Part shown: piece after piece, positions 57,318-64,000 of the stretch
Layout of the letters: the number at the start of each line of letters is the position of its first letter
Position numbering within the stretch: position 1 is the stretch's first letter
Source: Pseudomonadota bacterium
Lineage (GTDB): Bacteria; Pseudomonadota; Alphaproteobacteria; Rhodospirillales; Magnetospirillaceae
Assembly: GCA_021782815.1 (NCBI GenBank)
Contig: JAJXUO010000009.1
Location: forward strand, 17,889 to 81,888
Length of the DNA: 64,000 nucleotides
Reading direction: 5' to 3'
Program-made: the position numbers and the translations under genes
Notes under the pieces: generated by a model
What the model was told of the DNA's origin: nothing
What the model saw: the letters and a program-made list of their open reading frames with translations, nothing else
Database searches by the model: none

Positions 57318-57393
57318 TGGTGATCCGGGCGGGACTCGAACCCGCGGCCACATGATTAAAAGTCACGTGCTCTACCAACTGAGCTACCGGATC
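57318..57393 (-). tRNA. tRNA-Lys (anticodon UUU), encoded CCA
   Basis: The reverse complement reads GATCCGG-TA-GCTCAGTTGGTAGAGC-A-CGTGA-CTTTTAA-TCATG-...-GCGGGTTCGAGTCCCGC-CCGGATC-A-CCA. Confidence 0.9.
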
Positions 57394-57439
57394 TCATAGG
57401 GGCGCTCACCATAGGGAGGATGGGCGCCCAGGTCAACAG

Positions 57440-58024
57440 TTACTCTTTCTGATCCTTCATATCGGCGGCGACCTTCATCCAGACGATGCTGTCGGGATCA
57501 TTGACGAAGCCGTTGGCCCCCTCGCCCTTCTTGATCTGATCCACATATTGCATGCCCGAAATCACCTGACCCCAGATGGTGTATTTACCATCCAGTTCGG
57601 GCTGCGGGGCGAAGCAGATGAAGAATTGGGAATCGGCGCTGTCGGGATCCTGGGCGCGGGCCATGGAAACGGTGCCGCGCTCATGATGGACCGCGGAGAA
57701 TTCCGCCTTCAGTTTGAAGCCCGAGCCGCCCCGGCCGGTGCCGGTGGGATCGCCGCCCTGGGCCATGAAGCCGGCGATGACGCGATGGAACGGCGTGCCG
57801 TCGTAAAAGCCCTGGCGCACCAACTGCTTGATGCGGGCCACGGTATGCGGCGCCAGATCGGGGCGCATGGCGATAACCACGCGGCCGGTCTTCAACTGCA
57901 TGACCAGGGTATTTTCCGGGTTCGGAGCTTGCGTGGCGGCTTGCGCCGGAGCGGTCGCCAGCAGGCCCGACAGCATCAGGGCGCAGGCCAGGAAAAGCTT
58001 TTTCAACAACGGCATGGGCAACAT
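57440..58024 (-). CDS. Peptidylprolyl isomerase, cyclophilin type, periplasmic
   Basis: Signal peptide MLPMPLLKKLFLACALMLSGLLATAPAQA. FHRVIAGFMAQGGDP and SQFFICF motifs. Confidence 0.9.
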   Translation of the reverse strand: MLPMPLLKKLFLACALMLSGLLATAPAQAATQAPNPENTLVMQLKTGRVVIAMRPDLAPHTVARIKQLVRQGFYDGTPFHRVIAGFMAQGGDPTGTGRGGSGFKLKAEFSAVHHERGTVSMARAQDPDSADSQFFICFAPQPELDGKYTIWGQVISGMQYVDQIKKGEGANGFVNDPDSIVWMKVAADMKDQKE

Positions 58025-58035
58025 TCCTTCAAGGC

Positions 58036-58524
58036 TTATTCAGCGGAAGCGTCGGCGGCGATCTGCATGCGCACGATCTGGTCGGGCTCGGACACCTGGC
58101 CGCTGCCGCCCGATCCCTTCTTGATCATATCGACGAACTCCATCCCCTCGCTCACCTGGCCCCAAACGGTATATTGGCGGTTGAGGTGCGGCGCCGCGTC
58201 GAAGCAGATGAAGAACTGGCAATCGGCGCTGTTGGGGTTCTGGGCGCGGGCCATGGAACAGGTGCCGCGCACATGCTTTTCGGCCGAGAATTCGGCCGGC
58301 AGTTTCTGCCCCGAGCCGCCGGCGCCGGTGCCGGTGGGGTCGCCACCCTGGGCCATGAAGCCGGGAATGACGCGATGGAAGGTAAGACCATCATAGAAGC
58401 CGGAACGCACCAGTTCCTTGATGCGGGCCACATGTTGCGGGGCAAGATCGGGGCGCAGCGTGATAACGACGCGGCCGTCCTTCAGGTCCAGCCACAGGGT
58501 GTTTTCCGGATCAGACGCCGACAT
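58036..58524 (-). CDS. Peptidylprolyl isomerase, cyclophilin type, cytoplasmic
   Basis: No signal peptide. FHRVIPGFMAQGGDP and CQFFICF. Tandem paralogue of the preceding gene. Confidence 0.9.
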   Translation of the reverse strand: MSASDPENTLWLDLKDGRVVITLRPDLAPQHVARIKELVRSGFYDGLTFHRVIPGFMAQGGDPTGTGAGGSGQKLPAEFSAEKHVRGTCSMARAQNPNSADCQFFICFDAAPHLNRQYTVWGQVSEGMEFVDMIKKGSGGSGQVSEPDQIVRMQIAADASAE

Positions 58525-58569
58525 GGAAAAACTCCATCCAAAGAATAATTAAAGGATAAAGAACCGGGA

Positions 58570-59085
58570 TCAGCTCCCGCTGGGCAGGCTGGCCCAACGA
58601 TCTTCAAGCCGTTGCTTGACCAGCGGGGAGACGAACGAGGAGATATCGCCGCCCAAGCGGCCGATTTCCTTGATGAAACGCGAGGAAATGAACTGGCAGC
58701 GTTCGGACGCCATCAGGAACAGCGTTTCGATCTCGCCGCTCAAGCGCGCATTCATTCCGGCCATCTGAAACTCGTATTCGAAGTCGGAAACGGCGCGCAG
58801 GCCGCGAAAAATCACGGTGGCGCCGCAGCTTTTGGCGAAATTGATCAAAAGATCGTCGAACGGGCGGACCTCGATGGTGGCGCCGTGCGGATTAACGAGG
58901 CCGCTCATGTCGGCCCGGGCCATCTGCACGCGCTCTTCCAGGGTGAACAACGGGTTTTTCCCGGCATTGCGGGCCACGCCCACAATCAGGCGGTCCACCG
59001 AACGGCAGGCGCGCTGAATAATATCCTGATGACCATAGGTCATGGGATCGAAGGTACCGGGATAAACGCCAATCCGTTCAGTCAC
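58570..59085 (-). CDS. coaD: Pantetheine-phosphate adenylyltransferase
   Basis: GTG at 59083-59085, overlapping the gyrA stop by 8 nt. [18 protein letters not shown] and SSRFIKE. Confidence 0.9.
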   Translation of the reverse strand: MTERIGVYPGTFDPMTYGHQDIIQRACRSVDRLIVGVARNAGKNPLFTLEERVQMARADMSGLVNPHGATIEVRPFDDLLINFAKSCGATVIFRGLRAVSDFEYEFQMAGMNARLSGEIETLFLMASERCQFISSRFIKEIGRLGGDISSFVSPLVKQRLEDRWASLPSGS

Positions 59086-61744
59086 CGCTGCTCTCCTGTT
59101 CGCCGTCGGACTCCTCTCCTTCGTCGGAGTCCTCGCCGTTCCCCACATCGCCCAGGCGGGCGGCCGAAACCACATGCTCGTCCTCGGCGGTGCGCACCAG
59201 GGTCACGCCCTGGGTCTTGCGGCCCACCACGCGCACATCGTCCACCGGAATGCGGATCAGCTTGCCGCCGTCGGTGACCAGCATGATCTCGTCGCTGTGC
59301 TCCACCGGGAACGAAGCCACCACTTTGCCGGTTTTTTCGGTCATGTCCAGATTGGCGATGCCCGAACCGCCGCGTCCGGTGATGCGATATTCATAGGCCG
59401 AGGTGCGCTTGCCGAAGCCGTTTTCACTGATGGTCAGGATATGTTGTTCCAAACCGGCCATACGCTCGCTGTCCTCGGCGCTCATGTCGCCGCGCAGGTA
59501 GGCGTCGCGGGTTTCGGAATCGAAGTCGGCATGGGTCAGCATCGACATGCTGATGATGGTGTCGCCCTCCTCCAGGCGGATGCCGCGCACGCCGGTGGAA
59601 TCGCGGCCCTTGAACACGCGGACATCGGTGGTGGAGAAGCGGATGCATTTGCCGTTATGGGTGGCCAGCAGCACATCCTGCTGTTCCGAGCACACCTGCA
59701 CGGCGATCAGGCGGTCGCCCTCGTCCAGCTTCATGGCGATCTTGCCGTTGGCGCGGATATCGGTGAAGTCCGACAGCAGATTGCGGCGCACATTGCCCGA
59801 GGCGGTGGCGAACATCACATGCAGTTCGCTCCAGCTGGCCTCGTCCTCGGGCAGCGGCATCACCGTGGAAATGCTTTCGTCCTGATCCAGCGGCAGCAGA
59901 TTGACCATGGCCTTGCCCTTGGCCTGCGGGCTGCCCAGCGGCAGGCGGTACACCTTCATCTTGTAGGCGATGCCGGTGGAGGAGAAGAAGACGATGGGGG
60001 TGTGGGTGTTGGCCACGAACACCTGGGTGACGAAATCCTCTTCCTTGATGGTCATGCCCGACCGGCCCTTGCCGCCGCGCCGCTGCGTGCGGTATTCCGA
60101 CAGGGGCACCCGCTTGATGTAGCCGGTGTTGGTCACCGTCACCACCATGTCCTCGCGGGCGATCAGATCCTCGATATCGGCCTCGAACTCGTTTTCCTCG
60201 ATGGAGGTGCGGCGTTCGCTGCCGAACTGGGCGCGCATCTCCACCAGTTCGCCGCGCAGGATCTCGTAAAGACGCTCGCGCGAGCCCAGGATATGCAGGA
60301 ATTCCTTGATCTGCTCGCCGATCTCGGTCAGCTCGTCATGGATCTTGTCGCGCTCCAGGCCGGTCAGGCGGTGCAGGCGCAGATCGAGAATGCCCTTGGC
60401 TTGGGCTTCCGACAGGCGATAGCAGCCGTCCACCACGGCGCGGCCCGGCTCGTCGATCAGGGCGATCAGCGGCGCCACGTCGGCGGCGGGCCAGTCGCGG
60501 GCCATCAGCTGTTCGCGGGCGGTGGCCGGATCGGGGGCGTTGCGGATCAGCTGGATCACCGGATCGAGATTGGCCACGGCGATGGCCAGGCCCACCAACA
60601 AATGGGCGCGGTCGCGGGCCTTGCCCAGCTCGAAGATCGTGCGGCGGGTGATCACCTCCTCGCGGAAGGCGACGAAGGCCTGCAGGATGTCCTTCAAGGG
60701 CATCATCTGCGGGCGGCCGCCGTTCAGGGCCAGGGCGTTGACGCCGAAGCTGGTCTGCAGCGGGGTGTAGCGGTAAAGCTGGTTCAGCACCACGTCGGGC
60801 ACGGCGTCGCGCTTCAGCTCGATCACCACGCGCACGCCGTCGCGGTCGGATTCGTCGCGCAGATCGGAAATGCCCTCGATACGCTTGTCGCGCACCAGTT
60901 CGGCCATCTGCTCGATCATGCGGGCCTTGTTCACCTGATAGGGAACCTCGGTCACCACGATGGCGGTGCGGTCCTTGCGGATTTCCTCGAAATGGCAGCG
61001 GCCGCGCAGGATCACCGAGCCGCGCCCGGTGCTGAAGGCCGAGCGGATGCCCGAGCGGCCGAGAATGATGCCGCCGGTGGGGAAATCCGGTCCGGGCACG
61101 ATCTCCATCAACTCCTCGACGGAAATCTCCGGCCGGTCGATCACGGCGCAGCAGGCGTCGATGACCTCGCCCAGGTTATGGGGCGGAATATTGGTGGCCA
61201 TGCCCACGGCGATGCCGCCGGCGCCGTTCACCAAAAGATTGGGGAAGCGGGCGGGCAGAACCGTGGGTTCGTGGGTGGTGTCGTCGTAGTTGGACTGGAA
61301 ATTGACGGTATCCTTGTCGATATCGTCCAGCAGGGCGGCGGCCGAGCGGGCCATGCGCGCCTCGGTGTAACGCATGGCGGCGGCGGGGTCGCCGTCCATC
61401 GAGCCGAAATTGCCCTGGCCGTCCACCAGCGGCAGGCGCATGGAGAAATCCTGCGCCATACGCACCATGGCGTCGTAAATGGCGGAATCGCCGTGGGGGT
61501 GGTATTTGCCCATGACGTCGCCGACGATGCGGGCCGACTTGCGGAACGGCTTGTTGAAGTCGTAGCCGCTTTCCTTCATCGAGAACAGAATGCGCCGGTG
61601 CACCGGCTTCAGACCGTCGCGCACGTCGGGCAGCGCGCGGGAAACGATCACGCTCATGGCGTAGTCGAGATAGGAGCGTTTCATCTCCTCTTCGACGGTC
61701 ACCGGGGTGATATCGAAGGACGGCGGAGTGGGAGCGACAGTCAA
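59078..61744 (-). CDS. gyrA: DNA gyrase subunit A
   Basis: [44 protein letters not shown] (active-site Tyr), a beta-pinwheel CTD and an acidic tail. TTG start at 61744 as given in the ORF track; the exact start is uncertain. Confidence 0.95.
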   Translation of the reverse strand: MTVAPTPPSFDITPVTVEEEMKRSYLDYAMSVIVSRALPDVRDGLKPVHRRILFSMKESGYDFNKPFRKSARIVGDVMGKYHPHGDSAIYDAMVRMAQDFSMRLPLVDGQGNFGSMDGDPAAAMRYTEARMARSAAALLDDIDKDTVNFQSNYDDTTHEPTVLPARFPNLLVNGAGGIAVGMATNIPPHNLGEVIDACCAVIDRPEISVEELMEIVPGPDFPTGGIILGRSGIRSAFSTGRGSVILRGRCHFEEIRKDRTAIVVTEVPYQVNKARMIEQMAELVRDKRIEGISDLRDESDRDGVRVVIELKRDAVPDVVLNQLYRYTPLQTSFGVNALALNGGRPQMMPLKDILQAFVAFREEVITRRTIFELGKARDRAHLLVGLAIAVANLDPVIQLIRNAPDPATAREQLMARDWPAADVAPLIALIDEPGRAVVDGCYRLSEAQAKGILDLRLHRLTGLERDKIHDELTEIGEQIKEFLHILGSRERLYEILRGELVEMRAQFGSERRTSIEENEFEADIEDLIAREDMVVTVTNTGYIKRVPLSEYRTQRRGGKGRSGMTIKEEDFVTQVFVANTHTPIVFFSSTGIAYKMKVYRLPLGSPQAKGKAMVNLLPLDQDESISTVMPLPEDEASWSELHVMFATASGNVRRNLLSDFTDIRANGKIAMKLDEGDRLIAVQVCSEQQDVLLATHNGKCIRFSTTDVRVFKGRDSTGVRGIRLEEGDTIISMSMLTHADFDSETRDAYLRGDMSAEDSERMAGLEQHILTISENGFGKRTSAYEYRITGRGGSGIANLDMTEKTGKVVASFPVEHSDEIMLVTDGGKLIRIPVDDVRVVGRKTQGVTLVRTAEDEHVVSAARLGDVGNGEDSDEGEESDGEQESSGD

Positions 61745-61854
61745 TGCATCAATCTCGACGGTAAGGGGGAATCCGCCCGGAAAGGACGGATATCACAGAA
61801 GAACTTTGCGCGGCGCACGGTAGCAGATATCGCCCTGGGGAACAAGGCGAAGCA

Positions 61855-62286
61855 CTAGCCCTGGGTGGACGGCGCGCCCCGGCCCGCCGCCATGGCGCGG
61901 ATGACGCGGCATTCGGAAACGTTGTGGCGTTCGCCGCAGATCATGTGGCGCAGTTCGTCGCGCAGGGCCAGCAGATCGGCGATGCGCCGTTCCACCTCGG
62001 CCAGATGGCGGGCGGCCAGGGTATCGGCGTCGCAGCAGGCCTGGCCGGGATGCTCGGCCAGATCGAGCAGAGCGCGGATGGTGTCGATTTCGAAGCCCAG
62101 ATCCCGCCCCCGGCGGATGAAACGCAGCCGCGCCGCGTGGGCCGCCCCATATTGACGGTATCCGGCGGGCGTGCGCCGTGCCGGCGGCAACAGGCCGATT
62201 TTTTCGTAATATCGGATGGTTTCCACTTTAACTCCGGCGGCCTCTCCCAGCCGGCCGATGCTCATGTCGGCGTCCGTCGTCTGCAT
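61855..62286 (-). CDS. MerR family heavy-metal-responsive transcriptional regulator (ZntR/CadR-like)
   Basis: HTH MSIGRLGEAAGVKVETIRYYEKIGLL. Cys residues at CCDAD and C-x8-C (ICGERHNVSEC). The true start may be the second ATG (62263-62265). Confidence 0.9.
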   Translation of the reverse strand: MQTTDADMSIGRLGEAAGVKVETIRYYEKIGLLPPARRTPAGYRQYGAAHAARLRFIRRGRDLGFEIDTIRALLDLAEHPGQACCDADTLAARHLAEVERRIADLLALRDELRHMICGERHNVSECRVIRAMAAGRGAPSTQG

Positions 62287-62292
62287 TTGCCC

Positions 62293-62323
62293 TTGACCCT
62301 GTAGCGACTACAGGGTTCATGCT
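62293..62323 (+). promoter_or_regulatory. MerR-type promoter/operator: TTGACC, 19-bp spacer containing a 9-3-9 palindrome, -10-like CATGCT
   Basis: ACCCTGTAG-CGA-CTACAGGGT at 62296-62316 overlaps the -35 TTGACC (62293-62298). It lies between the divergent merR-like and CDF genes. Confidence 0.6.
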
Positions 62324-62355
62324 GCCATCAAATCCTCCGTTATCGCGAGTACAAA

Positions 62356-63318
62356 ATGCCGGGTCCGCAGCACGATCACCACGACCACGACCACGACCAC
62401 GATCACGACCATCATCATGGGCATCACCACCATCACGGCCCGGCCGACTACAACATCGCCTTCGCCGTGGGCACCCTGCTCAATCTGGGCTTCGTGGCGG
62501 TGGAGGCGGGATACGGCGTTTGGGCCCATTCCCTGGCCCTGCTGGCCGATGCCGGGCATAATTTCAGCGACGTCATCGGCCTGGTGATGGCCTGGGCGGC
62601 GGTGTGGCTGTCGGGGCGGCGCTCGTCGCGGCGCCATACCTACGGCTATGGCCGCACCACCATCATGGCCTCGCTGATCAACGGCACCCTGCTGCTGCTG
62701 GGCATCGGCGCCGTGGCCTGGGAGGCGGTGCTGCGTCTGGCCCATCCCGAGCCGGTGTCCGCCCCGGTGGTGATGGGCGTGGCCGGGGTTGGCATCGTCA
62801 TCAATGTGGGTACCGCCCTGATGTTTCTCTCGGGCCGCAAGGGCGACCTTAATATTCGCGGCACCTTCCTGCACATGGCCTCCGACGCCCTGGTGGCGGC
62901 GGGCGTGGTGGTGGCGGCCTTTCTCATGGGGAAAACCGGCTGGCTGTGGATCGATCCGCTGGTCAGCCTGGGCATCGCCGTGGTGATCCTGCTGGGCACC
63001 TGGGGGCTGTTCCGCGAATCCCTCGATCTCGCCCTCGACGCCGTGCCCGAGGCCGTGGACCGCGACGGGGTGGAGGCCTACCTGCGCGCCCTGCCCGGCG
63101 TAACCGCCCTGCATGATCTGCATATCTGGCCTTTGAGCACCCGCTCGGTGGCGCTGACGGCCCATCTGGTGGTGCCCGGCGCCGTGGTGGACGATGCCGC
63201 CATGGAACGCATCGCCGCCGATCTGGCCGAGCGCTTCGGCATCGATCATGCCACCTTGCAGCTGGAAACCGGCGAAGACGGCATTGCCTGCCGCCTCTCG
63301 GAGGTGCATGCCTGCTGA
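62356..63318 (+). CDS. Cation diffusion facilitator transporter (CzcD/ZitB-like) with N-terminal His/Asp tract
   Basis: MPGPQHDHHDHDHDHDHDHHHGHHHHHG. TM2 HxxxD (AGHNFSD), TM5 HxxxD (HMASD), and a C-terminal cytoplasmic domain. Confidence 0.9.
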   Translation: MPGPQHDHHDHDHDHDHDHHHGHHHHHGPADYNIAFAVGTLLNLGFVAVEAGYGVWAHSLALLADAGHNFSDVIGLVMAWAAVWLSGRRSSRRHTYGYGRTTIMASLINGTLLLLGIGAVAWEAVLRLAHPEPVSAPVVMGVAGVGIVINVGTALMFLSGRKGDLNIRGTFLHMASDALVAAGVVVAAFLMGKTGWLWIDPLVSLGIAVVILLGTWGLFRESLDLALDAVPEAVDRDGVEAYLRALPGVTALHDLHIWPLSTRSVALTAHLVVPGAVVDDAAMERIAADLAERFGIDHATLQLETGEDGIACRLSEVHAC

Positions 63319-63323
63319 GGGTC

Positions 63324-64000
63324 TTACCGTAAGAAAACGGCGGCCAGGGCGAACAGGCCGTAGAGCCAGCCGCTCTGGGCCAGCCGCAGCCCCGACACCC
63401 GGCCGGAGCGGAAGGCCAGGAACAGCAGCAGGATGGAGAGACTGGTCACCAATGCCGCCGCCAGCAACGGCGCATCCAGCCGCCATGGGGTGAAGAACAG
63501 GCCGAAAGCGGTGGGGATGCACGCCTGGATCATCATGGCGCCGCTGATATTGGCCAGGGCCAGCCGTTCCTTGCCCTGGCGCACCCAGATCACGGCGTTC
63601 ATGGTTTCCGGCAGTTCGGTGGCGATGGGGCTGAACAGCAGCGCCGTCAGCTGCGGCGACAGGCCAAGCCCCTGCCCCACCGTTTCCAACTGGCCGACGA
63701 ACAGCCGCGAGGCGGCGAAAATGACGGCGGTGGCGGCCAGGGTTTGCAGCAGGATCCAGCCCAGCGCCGGCGAGGGATCGCGCCGCCGCAGAGCCAGGGG
63801 TTCGGGGTCGCCCTCCTCGGCGTCGTCCCCGTCCGTCATCTCGCTGCGGAAATACCAGGCATAGGCCGCCAGAAAGGCCCAGCCCAGCCACGGCTTCCAG
63901 GCGAAAGCCACCAGACCCAGGGCCACCTTGCCGGCGAAAATCAGCAAAAACCAGGCCTGATCGCGGCTCAGGCGGCGGCCGTCCACCTGCACCAGCCGCC
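63324..64000 (-). CDS. Sodium/calcium exchanger (CaCA) family membrane protein, probably 5'-truncated by the window edge
   Basis: The alpha-repeat signature GLSPQLTALLFSPIATELPE is present. Only about one half of a typical CaCA protein is seen. The ATG at 63992 may be internal. Confidence 0.7.
   Translation of the reverse strand, partial: RLVQVDGRRLSRDQAWFLLIFAGKVALGLVAFAWKPWLGWAFLAAYAWYFRSEMTDGDDAEEGDPEPLALRRRDPSPALGWILLQTLAATAVIFAASRLFVGQLETVGQGLGLSPQLTALLFSPIATELPETMNAVIWVRQGKERLALANISGAMMIQACIPTAFGLFFTPWRLDAPLLAAALVTSLSILLLFLAFRSGRVSGLRLAQSGWLYGLFALAAVFLR

Noticed and set aside
59174-61858. 894-aa plus-strand ORF opposite gyrA. Similar long shadow ORFs occur at 18782..21307, 30415..32463, 37973..40018, 40408..42459, 48208..50088, 50155..51765, 14146..15849 and 62317..63891.
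   Set aside because: All are antisense to genes with strong family signatures and have Gly/Ala/Arg/His-dominated translations. I see no evidence for overlapping coding.

Overview
This is a 64-kb, high-G+C chromosomal window (roughly 65% by eye). Its gene content looks alphaproteobacterial, of a Rhodospirillales / Magnetospirillum-like type. That assignment is an inference from gene families and synteny (the tmk-holB-metG-tatD block, sdhE-mfd opposite recG, and many hemerythrin/PAS chemoreceptors), not from a search. I can support about 62 protein-coding genes, 2 tRNAs and a set of repeats and hairpins.

Left third (1-18.6 kb):
- A HEPN/MNT pair abutting tRNA-Ser.
- Cell-wall remodelling genes (YdcF-like, MltB-like, rlpA, a D-Ala-D-Ala carboxypeptidase).
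- tmk-[hemerythrin]-holB-metG-tatD-MBL.
- An orphan divergent flagellin, two hotdog thioesterases, and cytochrome c plus an Fnr-like regulator.
- A tightly coupled three-gene operon: 2OG-oxygenase / 2OG-oxygenase / chorismatase-like.

Middle (18.7-40 kb), a signalling supercluster:
- A hybrid histidine kinase, a periplasmic binding protein and a REC-GAF-HD-GYP regulator.
- An orphan MCP-like plus CheY-like pair whose 5' end lies in an AT-rich island.
- An unknown 314-aa ORF translationally coupled to a MipZ/ParA-like ATPase.
- An 11-gene minus-strand chemotaxis cluster: hemerythrin-MCP-PilZ, cheW, a soluble multi-PAS MCP, STAS, cheY, cheA, cheW, cheR, cheD, cheB and an unknown ORF.

Right third (40-64 kb):
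- mazG, a lipoprotein, an SDR, a PopA-like degenerate REC-REC-GGDEF protein, DsbA-like, GGCT-like and an Fe-alcohol dehydrogenase.
- A TPR-glycosyltransferase fusion, mfd, sdhE, recG and argE-like.
- Small unknown ORFs, a His-rich secreted protein plus a Spy/CpxP-like protein, and tRNA-Lys.
- ppiA/ppiB-like, coaD, gyrA, a MerR-CDF metal module and a truncated CaCA antiporter.

No transposase, integrase, CRISPR array or rRNA was seen.

Best candidates for something undescribed:
1. The unknown-ORF + MipZ-like ATPase pair beside a che cluster whose main receptor is soluble.
2. The hemerythrin-MCP-PilZ receptor within a local c-di-GMP network.
3. The 2OG-oxygenase / chorismatase-like operon.

All functional calls rest on motif recognition by eye. 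None has been confirmed by a database search.
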